From: an uncultured delta proteobacterium
Lineage (GTDB): Bacteria > Desulfobacterota > Binatia > Binatales > Binataceae
Length of the DNA: 64,000 nt
Direction: 5' to 3'
NCBI GenBank assembly: GCA_963808235.1
Contig: CAWEEQ010000004.1
Location: 96,001-160,000 of the forward strand
A program made the position numbers and the translations under genes. The notes beneath the pieces were generated by a model. That model made no database searches. It was not told the DNA's origin and saw only the letters and a list, made by a program, of their open reading frames with translations. Below are positions 28,533 through 38,506 of the stretch, piece after piece (position 1 is the first letter of the stretch; each line of letters opens with the position of its first letter).

Positions 28533-28565
28533 TTAATAGACGTTCACAGAGTTAATGAACGTTCA
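28533..28565. promoter_or_regulatory. Direct repeat upstream of tolC, candidate response-regulator box
   Basis: TTAATAGACGTTCA (28533) and TTAATGAACGTTCA (28552), 12/14 identical, 19-nt period. Confidence 0.5.
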
Positions 28566-28590
28566 GCGGAGCACTCGAAGCCGGCGATGC

Positions 28591-29964
28591 TCAGAGCGGC
28601 ACAGTCGCGCGCTTCGCGTCGCTGCGAGCCAGCGGCAACGTGACCACGAACTCGCATCCGCCGGACGGACGATTCGCAACCGCGATATCGCCGCCGTGCA
28701 GTCGCGCGATTTCCTTGCACAGGCTCAGCCCCAGGCCGCTGCCTTCACCAGTCGACGATGCGCCCCGAAAGAATCGATCGAAGACGAACGGCATCTCGGC
28801 AGGATCGATTCCCGGACCGCTGTCCGCGACGCGAATAACCGCGCGATCCGCGCCCATCGTGAGCCTGACTTCGATCGATCCGTCGGCGGGCGTGAACTTG
28901 AGCGCGTTGTCGAGCAAATTGACGAAGAGCCGCCGCAGGTGTCCCGCGTTGCCGTCGACGAACGCATCGCGACCGGCGCTTACCCGCAGCCGGATTCCGC
29001 GCGCCTGCGCGAGCGGCTGGACCGTTGACGCGATCTCGACGATCAACGCGCGAACGTTCAACCGCGCTTGCTCGACCGATACCTCGCCGTTGAGCCGCGC
29101 CAGCATCAGCAGCTCATCGGAAATTCTGCATAGCGAAAGAACCTCGCGAAGTGCGGAGGTGAGCGCGGCGCGATTGTCGTCGGCACTGCGCTCCCGCGCC
29201 AGCGTCACTTCAAGGCCGGTGCGGAGCACGGCGAGCGGGGTGCGAAGTTCATGCGCCGCATCGGAAGCGAAGCGCCGCTCCGTCACCGACGCGCGCTCGA
29301 GCCGCTCGAGTAGCGCGTTGATCACCCCGGAGAGCCGCGCAACTTCGTCATTCACCGGCGGAATCGGCAGCCGCGAGCCAAGATTCGTCGGTTGAATCGC
29401 GTCAAGTTCCGCGGTCACCGATTCGATTGGCCGCAAGGCTCGCGCCGCCAGCCAGTAGCCGCCCGCGACGCACAGCAGCAGCACGACCGGCACCATCAGC
29501 AGCAGGCTATTGCGCAGACTGTCGATCGATTCCTGCACCAGGTTCCCACTGATGCCACTTTGCAGGTACGCGGGCACACCGTCGAAGAGCAGCGGAACGA
29601 CTGCGAATCGCGATTCGCGGCTGGTCACGAGAATTGCGCGCGGCGGTAACTGCGCTTGCGGCGCGGGTGGAATCGTGTGCACATCGCCGAAGTTGTCGAC
29701 GATGCCATGGTCGGTGACGATTTGCACCCGCCGGCCTGGTCCGATGTCGGTCTCGCGGCTGAGCGCTTCCAGAATTGCACGCGTGCCGGCGAGATCGGTG
29801 CGCTCGATTTCCTTGGCCGTGGTGTCGGCCTCTTCGAGCAGCGCCGCATCGACCGCGCTCCACTGCTGGCGCTCAAAGAGTTTCAGGCCGGCGAATGCCG
29901 CGACCAGCAGGATCATGGCCAGCACCGCGGCCCAGTATATGGTGAGCCTGAGTCTGATCGTCAT
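28591..29964 (-). CDS. Membrane sensor histidine kinase (HAMP, CusS/QseC-like)
   Basis: Two TM helices, HAMP, RFASDAAHELRTPL, NLLDNALKFT, GSGLGL. Confidence 0.93.
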   Translation of the reverse strand: MTIRLRLTIYWAAVLAMILLVAAFAGLKLFERQQWSAVDAALLEEADTTAKEIERTDLAGTRAILEALSRETDIGPGRRVQIVTDHGIVDNFGDVHTIPPAPQAQLPPRAILVTSRESRFAVVPLLFDGVPAYLQSGISGNLVQESIDSLRNSLLLMVPVVLLLCVAGGYWLAARALRPIESVTAELDAIQPTNLGSRLPIPPVNDEVARLSGVINALLERLERASVTERRFASDAAHELRTPLAVLRTGLEVTLARERSADDNRAALTSALREVLSLCRISDELLMLARLNGEVSVEQARLNVRALIVEIASTVQPLAQARGIRLRVSAGRDAFVDGNAGHLRRLFVNLLDNALKFTPADGSIEVRLTMGADRAVIRVADSGPGIDPAEMPFVFDRFFRGASSTGEGSGLGLSLCKEIARLHGGDIAVANRPSGGCEFVVTLPLARSDAKRATVPL

Positions 29965-29990
29965 TCGTGACAGTCACGACCGGCGCAGCG

Positions 29991-30671
29991 TCATTCCGCG
30001 CGCATCGTGTAACCTACTCCGCGCACTGTGACAATCAACGAGCGATCCGCGCGCGGATCGATCTTCTGGCGCAGGCGATTGACGAAAACCTCGATCAGGT
30101 TGGTCAGCGAGTTGTAGTTCGAATCCCAAACCGTCTCCGCGATCATGTCCCGCGTCACCACCTCTCCTGCATGCCGCATCAGCAACTCGAGCAGCATCTT
30201 TTCCTTGGGCGACAGGTTCAAGTTGTGCTCGCCAATCTTTGCGCGGCGTTTGATCGTGTCGAATTCGAGGTCGCCGACCTTCAGGATCGGCGAAGATTTA
30301 GATCGCGGACGCCGCGCCAGCGCTTTGACCCGTGCCACCAGCTCGGCAAATGCGAACGGCTTGGCCAGGTAGTCGTCGCCGCCGGCGTCCAGCCCGGCGA
30401 CGCGTTCCTCGAGCGCGCCACGAGCGGTGAGAATCAAGACCGGAGTTTGATTGCCGCCAGCGCGCTGCTCGCGCAAAAGATCGAGTCCACTTTTTCCGGG
30501 CAGTCCGAGATCGAGAACGATCAAGTCGAGCTCGCCGCGCGCGATTACTACTTCTGCCGCCTCCGCACTACCCGCGGTTTCGACGCTGAAGCCCTCTTCA
30601 CCGAGTCCCTGCTTGACGGCATCGGCCAGTCGGGTCTCGTCCTCGACCACCAGGATGCGAAGTGCGCCCAT
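29991..30671 (-). CDS. OmpR-family response regulator
   Basis: RILVVEDE, LDLGLPGKSG, GGDDYLAKPF, TVRGVGY. Confidence 0.95.
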   Translation of the reverse strand: MGALRILVVEDETRLADAVKQGLGEEGFSVETAGSAEAAEVVIARGELDLIVLDLGLPGKSGLDLLREQRAGGNQTPVLILTARGALEERVAGLDAGGDDYLAKPFAFAELVARVKALARRPRSKSSPILKVGDLEFDTIKRRAKIGEHNLNLSPKEKMLLELLMRHAGEVVTRDMIAETVWDSNYNSLTNLIEVFVNRLRQKIDPRADRSLIVTVRGVGYTMRAE

Positions 30672-30717
30672 GCCCTCGATGCTGCCATTTAAGCGCATCC
30701 AAAAAAAGACGGACCAA

Positions 30718-31359
30718 TCAGACCAGCAGGGTGACCACGCCGGCCGCCACCAACGCACCTGCCCAGATTGTATCGAGATTGATCCAGGCGCTGCGGAGGA
30801 TCGCGAGTCCGACGAAGTCGTAAATCAGGATCGCGATCGCGCCCATCACCACGACCATCGCGCCGGTATGCAAAATGACTACGCCGACCGCCTGCCAGAC
30901 TGTGTGCGCAGCATGAGCGGCGGCCATCTGATGCGCGCTATGAGCGGAGTGGGGCGTCATCCCGATCAAAATTGGAAAGAGCATCAATCCCGCGCCGTGC
31001 GCCGTGGCCATTATGAATGACCACAGCGCGAGTTCGGCGGAATTCACCCGCATCGCAACCCAGCGCGGATGCGCGCGCGGCCAGATGAAACGAAACAGCC
31101 CGAATCCGACGAGCGCAGCCGCGCCGAGCGGGCGAAGGAAATCAATCGCGACGAAAAATCGCAATCCGCCGATGATCGCCACCACCGCCGCAATCGAAGC
31201 GAGATGACCTATCGCAATCGGTCCGAGCGACGCGATCACCTTCGAGCGCCGCCGCTCCTGGAGCCCGAGCGCGACTGCGAACAGCCAGCCCATCGACGGA
31301 TCGATCCCGTGATATGCGCCGAGCGCAGCGACCGCAATCCACGGCCAAGCGCCGCTCAC
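30718..31359 (-). CDS. Conserved His-containing membrane protein coupled to SBP56
   Basis: About 6 TM helices; LGAYHGIDPSMGWLFAV, IGH, TAHGAG, loop PHSAHSAHQMAAAHAAH; GTGA overlap with upstream gene. Confidence 0.85.
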   Translation of the reverse strand: MSGAWPWIAVAALGAYHGIDPSMGWLFAVALGLQERRRSKVIASLGPIAIGHLASIAAVVAIIGGLRFFVAIDFLRPLGAAALVGFGLFRFIWPRAHPRWVAMRVNSAELALWSFIMATAHGAGLMLFPILIGMTPHSAHSAHQMAAAHAAHTVWQAVGVVILHTGAMVVVMGAIAILIYDFVGLAILRSAWINLDTIWAGALVAAGVVTLLV

Positions 31360-32747
31360 GGATAGCAGAACGAGTCGGACGACGAGTCGCCACCTTCGAG
31401 ACGGATTTGATGGGGCCGTTCGCCGTCGAAGGTCGTGAAGAACTTCGGATCGACCGCCATTCCGCCGGCCGGGTTGCAGTCAACTTTCGCCACCCATCCG
31501 CGGATTCCCTCAGGATAAAACTGAGCGTCCCAGGCGCCGTACAGCGAGTTCGAAATGTAAACGCGGCGCCCGTCGCGGCTGAGCTCGATCATTTGCGACG
31601 CGCCGTTGAGCGGCCCGCTCTTCGGGTGCGCGCCCTTCGAGACGATACCGCCGAGCCGCACCGTGCCCGTAAGCCGCGGCTTGAACGGATCGCTCACATC
31701 GTACTGCTTCAAGTCGCCGGTGCCGAAGCATGCGACGTACAGGAATTTGTCGTCGAGGCTGAGATTGATATCCGTGATGAGCGGCGGCACCGCCTTGAAA
31801 GGCTTCAGCGCGGGCGGCAACACGCTTTCGTCGGCCGGCTCCGCGGGAATTTCGATCACCTTGCGGATCTTCCAATCCTCACCATCGCGATGCCACAACC
31901 AAACCGCCGCCGACAAATCTTTGGTCGAGATGACCACGCCGACAAATCCATAGGTCTTGGTCGGGTCGTGCGAGGGGCGCAGCTCGAGCGGCATTTGCTG
32001 ATCGGCGCCGAGGTCGAGCGACTTCAGATGGCGCCGGTTGCGCAGATTCCAGATATGAATCGCGTGTCCGTACTTGTTGCCGAGCAGCAGTTCGGGAACG
32101 ATGCCGTTCTCGATCATATTCGGCGTGCCCCATTCGCTGGTGACCGCGACGTCGTAACCGAGATGCCACCAGAAATCGTACGCGAAGTTCTGCGGACCGC
32201 GATCGACTTCCCATCGCCCGAGCACGTCGAAGCTCTCGTGATCGAGCAGGAATATTCCGCCCGGTCCGCCGCCGCCCGGCGCGCCCAGCGCGCTGACGTA
32301 TATCGCGTCAGGCCCGCAATGGATCGTATGCACGCGGCTGTAACCGGTGCGCGACGCGATTTCCTCCGGCTCGATCGTTTTCACCAGCTTCGGATTTCGC
32401 GGGTCGGGTTTGGTGTCGAAGATGTACATCCGCGACGAGCGCAGGCCCGGTACCAGCAGGTAGCGCCGCTCGATATGCGGATGCGGCGCGTATGGACATA
32501 GCGCGGCACTGCACGCGTTCCATCCGAAGTGATGAAGCTCGTCGCCGACGCCAGGCACCTCGACACGCCCAACCACCTGCGAATAGGTGCTCGATTCCGG
32601 ATTGAGGTCGAGCACGCAGAGCGCGTCATGACGCCCATTTTTCGGCGTCGGATTGAAAGTCACCACGTAGCCAAGATGCTCGCGCGGCGCCTGCATCGCC
32701 ATCCGCGCCGAAGGATAAAACGTCTGATCGGGTTTCCACAGCGCCAT
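31356..32747 (-). CDS. Selenium-binding protein SBP56 / methanethiol oxidase family
   Basis: GDELHHFGWNACS, HTIHCGP, YDFWWH, LITDINLSLDDKFLY, SNSLYGAWDAQFYP, GGDSSSD; no signal peptide (SELENBP1-like). Confidence 0.93.
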   Translation of the reverse strand: MALWKPDQTFYPSARMAMQAPREHLGYVVTFNPTPKNGRHDALCVLDLNPESSTYSQVVGRVEVPGVGDELHHFGWNACSAALCPYAPHPHIERRYLLVPGLRSSRMYIFDTKPDPRNPKLVKTIEPEEIASRTGYSRVHTIHCGPDAIYVSALGAPGGGGPGGIFLLDHESFDVLGRWEVDRGPQNFAYDFWWHLGYDVAVTSEWGTPNMIENGIVPELLLGNKYGHAIHIWNLRNRRHLKSLDLGADQQMPLELRPSHDPTKTYGFVGVVISTKDLSAAVWLWHRDGEDWKIRKVIEIPAEPADESVLPPALKPFKAVPPLITDINLSLDDKFLYVACFGTGDLKQYDVSDPFKPRLTGTVRLGGIVSKGAHPKSGPLNGASQMIELSRDGRRVYISNSLYGAWDAQFYPEGIRGWVAKVDCNPAGGMAVDPKFFTTFDGERPHQIRLEGGDSSSDSFCYP

Positions 32748-32842
32748 CAGTGTTGACCGCCTTGATGAGGTGACTCCGACCGTATCCAACCGACCGAATC
32801 TCAATCAACCCCCGCTGCGGCGCCTACGACGCTTTTACTTTT

Positions 32843-32873
32843 GTTCCCCTTCCCACTATGGGAAGGGGTTAGG
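32843..32873 (-). repeat. REP-like hairpin repeat, copy C
   Basis: GTTCCCCTTCCCA-CTA-TGGGAAGGGGTTAGG, same family as 39699 and 7307. Confidence 0.7.
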
Positions 32874-32918
32874 TTAGCGCGATCCATCTCAAAAGCGCTC
32901 TTTTCGGGACCAATAGCC

Positions 32919-33728
32919 ATGGACTACAAGACCATCGTTTTCGAGAAGCACGACCGCATCGCCAAAGTCATCCTCAATCGTCCGCGCTACAAGAACGCTC
33001 AATCGCGCGTGATGCTCGAGGAGATGGACACTGCGTTTGCCGACGCCAATTCCGACGACAACATTCGCGTCATTATCCTGTCCGGCGCCGGCGATAATTT
33101 CTGCTCGGGTCACGACTTGGGCACCGCCGAGGAAAAAGAGGATCAGGAGCGCCGGCCTTTTCCCAAGGGGATGCGCGGCGAGTACATGCGCTCCCGCCAG
33201 ATGTTTCTCGACAACACGCTTCGATGGCGCGATCTCGACAAACCGACCATCGCGCAAGTGCACGGGCTCTGCATCTTCGGCGGATGGATGTTCGCCGCCG
33301 CGATGGATCTGGTCGTCGCGTCCGACGACGCGAAGTTCCTCCCCGCGCTGCTCCAGTACTTCTCGATTCCGTGGGACATGCCACCGCGCAAGGCCAAGGA
33401 AATCCTCTTCCAGAGCCGCTTCGTCAGCGCCGAGGAGGCGCAGGAGCTTGGCTTCGTGAACATGGTAGTGCCGCGCGCGCGGCTCGCGGAAGAAACTCTC
33501 GCGCTCGCGACGCGCATCGCGGAGAGCGATCGCTTCACGCTCAGGATGGTCAAGTGGGCGGTGAATTCCGCGCAGGATGCGATGGGATACAGCACCGCGA
33601 TTCGCAACGCTCACTCGCATCACATGGTGCTCGGCATCAGCGGCTACATGCAGGCCAAGATGGAAGGAAAGGGGCTCCCAAAGCGGATGGCCGGCGTCGA
33701 GCAGGCACTCAAGAAAATGAAAAAGTGA
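32919..33728 (+). CDS. Enoyl-CoA hydratase/isomerase family protein
   Basis: LNRPRYKNA, FCSGHDL, KPTIAQVHGLCIFGG, AEEAQELGFVN. Confidence 0.92.
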   Translation: MDYKTIVFEKHDRIAKVILNRPRYKNAQSRVMLEEMDTAFADANSDDNIRVIILSGAGDNFCSGHDLGTAEEKEDQERRPFPKGMRGEYMRSRQMFLDNTLRWRDLDKPTIAQVHGLCIFGGWMFAAAMDLVVASDDAKFLPALLQYFSIPWDMPPRKAKEILFQSRFVSAEEAQELGFVNMVVPRARLAEETLALATRIAESDRFTLRMVKWAVNSAQDAMGYSTAIRNAHSHHMVLGISGYMQAKMEGKGLPKRMAGVEQALKKMKK

Positions 33729-33741
33729 AAAAGTGAAAAAG
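33718..33741 (+). repeat. Short tandem repeat (TGAAAAAG)x3
   Basis: Three exact 8-mers spanning the stop codon. Confidence 0.7.
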
Positions 33742-33819
33742 TAGCTGCGGAGTTCCGCAAAGACCTCTTGCGTACGAACGCTTTTCGCATCAATTTTCAG
33801 AATTCGTCATAATGAAATT

Positions 33820-34954
33820 GTGACGATTTCTACGCGAAGCTTGAGCTATGCAATCGTCGCCACATTCTTTCTAATCGCGTTCACCGCGAGCGCCTCCGGC
33901 GCATTCTCATGGTTCGGTTCGAGTCCGACAGCCACACCGACGCCGTCATCGTCGGCAAACCCCCTTCCTGCGCCCGCCGCACCGAGAGCCGCGCTACCTC
34001 GCGCGACGCCTGCGCCGATTGCGCATCGGATCGCCGGCGGCCAGTTCGATTTCATCGTCGCCGACGCCAACTCTTTCAGGAGGATCGGCTCGCGATTCGG
34101 CGTCAGCCCAAGGGTGCTCGCCCGCGACAACGGTATGCAGGTCACGGATCTAATCCCTGCCGGCGCGATCATCCATGTCGACAATCGACACATCGTTCCC
34201 GATCGAAGGATACGATCTCATCGAGATCAATCTGCCGCAGCGGATGCTCTTCCACTTCGAAGACGGCCGGCTGAGCGGTGCGTATCCCGTCGCAATCGGA
34301 CAGCCGAGCAAGCAGTGGCAAACGCCGATCGGCGCGTTCAAGGTGATCCAGATGCGCGAGGATCCGACCTGGCGCGTGCCAGCTTCGATTCAGCGCGAAG
34401 AGGAAGAGGCGGGCAAGGACGTCGAGGACGAGATCGATCCCGGACCCGACAACCCGCTCGGCAAATACTGGATCGGGCTCAGCATGCCGGTGATCGGAAT
34501 TCACGGCACCAATCATCCGATAACCGTGTACAGCTACCGGACTCACGGATGCGTCCGGTTGCATCCCGACGATATCGAGGCGCTGTTCGAGTCCGTCGAT
34601 CTTAATGACCGCGGCGAAATCGTCTACTTGCCCCTGATGCTGGCGCGGCTCGACGGCGGGCACATCTTCCTCGAGAGCCAGAAGGACATCTACCGAAAAG
34701 GCACCGGCGGAATCGACGCGGTCAGGGCTCTTGCGCGGGCCGGTAGGATTGATAGCCTGATTGACTGGTCTCGTGCTGGGGAAGTAATAGACGACGAAGA
34801 TGGAATCGCGCGCGACGTGACCCTCATGTCCGATCGCGCAGGGGGAACGCGAGCAGATCCGATCGCCGCAACGACAAGTGAGCCAGGAGCCAAACTCAAA
34901 ATCGCAGACCGGCCTCCGCGCGGATTTGTCGCGTCGGCGCTTCCTGCGCGTTAG
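33820..34954 (+). CDS. L,D-transpeptidase (LysM-like + YkuD), frameshifted
   Basis: Signal peptide, LysM-like segment, then INLPQRMLF, YPVAIG, PGPDNPLG, IHGTN, THGCVRL; shift near 34200. Confidence 0.88.
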
Positions 34955-35463
34955 CGCGTTGGCAGCGGCGCAGCTGATGATCCCGGCGGTCGCGATGGCG
35001 CGTACGCAGCTCCGGACTCGGCAGCCGCTCGCTCAAGTTCTACAATCTTCACACCGGCGAGAGTCTCAAGACCACTTACTGGGAGAATGGCAGCTACGTT
35101 CCGGGCGAACTCGCCCGCGTCAATTACATCCTGCGCGACTTCCGCGCCAACGAAGTCAAGCCGATCGATCCCGCGCTGCTCGATTTGCTGGTGAGAGCCC
35201 AGCGCCGGCTCGGCACCTCGGAGCCGTACCAGGTGATTTCCGGATACCGCTCGCCGCTGACCAATGCGATGCTCCACGCGAACAGCGAAGGCGTCGCGGT
35301 CCACAGCCTGCACATCGACGGCAAGGCGATCGATATCTGCGTGCCCGGCCGCAGCCTCGGGCAAGTTCGCGGCGCCGCGCTCGCGCTTCAGGGCGGCGGC
35401 GTCGGCTACTATCCGAAGAGCGGCTTCGTCCACATGGACACCGGCCGCGTCCGCTTCTGGTAA
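34878..35463 (+). CDS. YcbK/DUF882 (MepK-like M15) peptidase, Tat-exported, frameshifted
   Basis: SRRRFLR twin-arginine signal; alternate frame NLHTGESL, ISGYRSP, HSLHIDGKAID, GGVGYYP..FVHMDTG; shift near 35000-35030. Confidence 0.88.
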
Positions 35464-35473
35464 TCTCCGAGCG

Positions 35474-36218
35474 TTACTTCGTCGCGACTGCGATCAGCCG
35501 CTGCGCATTTTGATCGTAAGGCCGTCGCGTCGAGGCTTCCGTACAAGCTGACTTCGCGAAATCCCGCCGAGCGCAGCAGGCTTTCCAGTTCTGCGCCCGA
35601 ATACAATCGTAAAGTCAGCGTCGATGCGCGCCGCTCGTTGCCGCGAATCCGGGTCCATCGAGTCTCGATCCGCTTCCATCCGTCGAGCAGTCGGCGCTCC
35701 TCGAGCATATCGTTCCGTCATCTCGCGTGTTCCAGTCGCGCTCGCGAAATCTGCCCGCGAGGATTTCCTTCCCCACGACGTCGACGATCAGCCGTCCGCC
35801 CGGTTTCGATAGAATCGCAGAGATTGCGCGCGACTCTGGCATCGTCGGCGGGATCGTCGAAATATCCGAACGCGGTGAAGAAGTTGATCGCGCCGTCAAA
35901 GGCCGCCGGCCGCGAGAATTCGCGCATGTCGGACTGCACGAACTCAATTTCGAGATTCTCTTTCGCGGCGCTCGCGCGCGCCTGGTCAAGGTAGGGAACC
36001 GTGCGATCGACGCCGGTCACTTTGAACCCGCGCCGTGCGAATTCCATCGAATGCCGCCCGATACCGCAACACAAATCGAGCACCGCGGCGCCGCTCTGGA
36101 GGCCGAGCAGCGCAATCATCCGGTCGACTTCCGCGCCGGTCAGCTCGAGCCGGCGCGAGTCGAACATGTAGCCTTGAAAAGTTTCCCAGAAGGAATCGTC
36201 GTCGTACCACTCGGTCAT
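35474..36218 (-). CDS. Class I SAM-dependent methyltransferase, frameshifted
   Basis: VLDLCCGIGRH, FTAFGYF, KPGGRLIVD, LRLYSGAEL; shifts near 35810, 35710 and 35520. Confidence 0.85.
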
Positions 36219-36252
36219 CCGGATCGCTCGTGAGTTCCGGGGTCGACCAGCG

Positions 36253-37146
36253 CTACACTGTGCGGCGCAGGAAATCGCACATCTTGCCGAGCGCCTCTCC
36301 GCATCCCCGGAGCACGTCCATCTGCACGAAGCCGTGCGGCATGTCCTCGAAAATGTGCAGTTCGTGGCTGATGTCGGCGCGCTTGAGCGCGTCGGCCATC
36401 GCGTGCGACTCGGGCAGCAACGGATCCGCGGTGCCGCAAATGATACAGCTCGGCGGCATCGCGCCCGGCTTCACACTCTTGAGCGGGCTGACGCGCGGAT
36501 CTTCGAGAATCGCCGGGTATCCTGAGCCCGCATAAGCTTTCGCCATTCCCTCCATCGCTTCGTTGCCCTCGCCCTAGCGTTTGATCGTCGCGGGGAAATC
36601 GAACACGCCGTAAATCAAAAGCGCGGCCTTCGGTTTCGCGCCGCGATAATTCTCCGCCGCGAGCGATGCCACCGTTGCAGCGGCAAGATTGCCGCCGGCG
36701 GAATCGCCGCCGACTGCGATACGCGCGCCGTCGCCGTTCCATCGCTTCGCGTTCTCGCCCGCCCATTTCACCGCATGGATGCAATCGTCGAGGCCGGCTG
36801 GAAACGGATGCTCGGGCGCGAGCCGGTAATCGACGTTGATCGTCAGGAATCCTTCCGCCGCGAATTGCATCACGAGTTTGCGATGCGTCTTCGCGCTGCC
36901 CGCGACCCATCCTCCGCCGTGAATATAGACGAGCACGCGATGCGGCCCGTTGCCCTTCGGCACCGCGATGTCGGCGCTAAGTCCCGGCCTGATCTCAACC
37001 GCCTCATGCAGCGCGCCGATCTCTGGCGGGTTCTGATTCATCATCGGCGCGAACGTATCCAGCGCCGCGCGCAGCCCCTTCACGTCGGTCGGAATGGGTG
37101 CCTTGGCGATCGCGTCGAGAAAAGCGCGTTCCTGTTCATTGAGCAT
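36253..37146 (-). CDS. HSL-family alpha/beta hydrolase (esterase) with one in-frame TAG
   Basis: HGGGW, DYRLAPEHPFPA, GDSAGG, DPL, HGF; the two ORF halves share a frame, split by TAG at 36574. Confidence 0.85.
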
Positions 37147-37200
37147 GACTGCCTCCGAAGCGGAAAAGATTGTGTCGCGCCGCGTGGCGCGCGATTGCGA

Positions 37201-37533
37201 TTACTGGAGTGCGGATGCGCCCAGCGCGGCCTTCACTAGCGGCTCGAGCTCGCCGGTCTCATGCAGCTCGCGGATGATGTCGCATCCGCCGACGAACTTG
37301 CCGTCGATATAGACCTGCGGGATCGTCGGCCAGTTGCTGTAGCGCTTGATACCGTCGCGCAACTCGGGATCGCTCAGCACGTCGGCAGTCTCGTACGGCA
37401 CGCCCAACTGGTCGAATATCGCGACCGTCGCCGCCGAGAATCCGCACTGCGGAAAACTGCGGTTGCCCTTCATGAAGATCATGACCTTGTTGCCTTTTAC
37501 CGCTGACTCGATTCGCTCGATTATGTCCGCCAT
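37201..37533 (-). CDS. grxD: Monothiol glutaredoxin Grx4
   Basis: FMKG...PQCGFS, WPTIPQVY, GGCD. Confidence 0.97.
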   Translation of the reverse strand: MADIIERIESAVKGNKVMIFMKGNRSFPQCGFSAATVAIFDQLGVPYETADVLSDPELRDGIKRYSNWPTIPQVYIDGKFVGGCDIIRELHETGELEPLVKAALGASALQ

Positions 37534-37542
37534 GTGAAAATT

Positions 37543-37791
37543 CTACCTCCGGTTCTGATACTGTGCCGGCGTCAATGTCTTCAGCGTCAGCGCATGCACC
37601 TGCACGCGCATCGCGTCGCCGAGCGCCTGGTAAACCAGTTGATGCCGTTCGACAAGACCCTTGCCCTCGAAACTTTGACTCACCACCAGCGCCTCGAAAT
37701 GATCTCCGCCGCCGGTGTAGTCATGCACTTCAACCTGCGCATCGGGAATCCCGCGCGCAATCATCGTCTCGATTTCCTTGGGGTCCATCAT
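37543..37791 (-). CDS. bolA: BolA/IbaG family protein
   Basis: GDHFEALVVSQSFEGKGLVERHQLVY, HALTL; adjacent to grxD. Confidence 0.93.
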   Translation of the reverse strand: MMDPKEIETMIARGIPDAQVEVHDYTGGGDHFEALVVSQSFEGKGLVERHQLVYQALGDAMRVQVHALTLKTLTPAQYQNRR

Positions 37792-37854
37792 TGATCCAAC
37801 ATCTTAACCCGCAAAGACCCGGCGAATCCACACTATTCGACTGATTCCAACTAT

Positions 37855-38487
37855 CTAATTGACCGCCGAAATGTCCACGACGTGGCCGTTGATATCATCA
37901 GGCTTGCTCGGCACGCCCTTGCCTTTGACGCCGTCGATCAACAGCCGCGCGCCCTCGCTGATTTCGCCGGGACGTCCCGCACCCACGATTCGCGAAATGA
38001 TCTTGCCGTCCGGTCCGACGAACAGCGTCGTCGGTATCGCCTCCACTCCGAGGCTGTCGATCAGTTCCTGGTCGGCCAGCGCGACTGGATAATTAATTTT
38101 GAATTCTGCGACGAACGGGCCGACTGCGTCGACTCCGTCACCCTGTACCAGGTCGCACGAAACGCCGATAATGACGAGTCCGCGCGTCTTGTTGTATCGC
38201 TTGTAAAGTGCGACCAGCTCCGGAATCTGGCGGCGGCATGGACTGCACCAGGTCGCCCAAAAATCCACGATCACCGGATGACCGCGATAGTTGCTGAAGT
38301 CGATCGTGCGGCCGTTCAGACCACGCGCCGTGAAATTCAAGCCCTGGTCGCTGCGCGTCTCGCGCGCTTTCGGCGGTTCGAATCGCAACAGCTCTTTCGG
38401 CTTTTCTTTGAACCGAAAGTTCAAGATCGCGGCCGCGATCAGCACTACGGCGCCGATGATCAGGACGGTGCGGATTATCGGACCCAC
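37855..38487 (-). CDS. TlpA-family disulfide reductase
   Basis: N-terminal TM, DFWATWCSPC, AIPTT. Confidence 0.9.
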   Translation of the reverse strand: MGPIIRTVLIIGAVVLIAAAILNFRFKEKPKELLRFEPPKARETRSDQGLNFTARGLNGRTIDFSNYRGHPVIVDFWATWCSPCRRQIPELVALYKRYNKTRGLVIIGVSCDLVQGDGVDAVGPFVAEFKINYPVALADQELIDSLGVEAIPTTLFVGPDGKIISRIVGAGRPGEISEGARLLIDGVKGKGVPSKPDDINGHVVDISAVN

Positions 38488-38506
38488 AGCTTCCTCGATT
38501 CCGCGC

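Noticed and set aside
33718-33741. (TGAAAAAG)x3 as a phase-variation switch
   Set aside because: It spans the stop codon, so copy-number change would barely alter the protein
36574-36576. Pyrrolysine/readthrough recoding of the in-frame TAG in the esterase
   Set aside because: No pyl genes in view, other genes use TAG as a normal stop, and the region is error-prone
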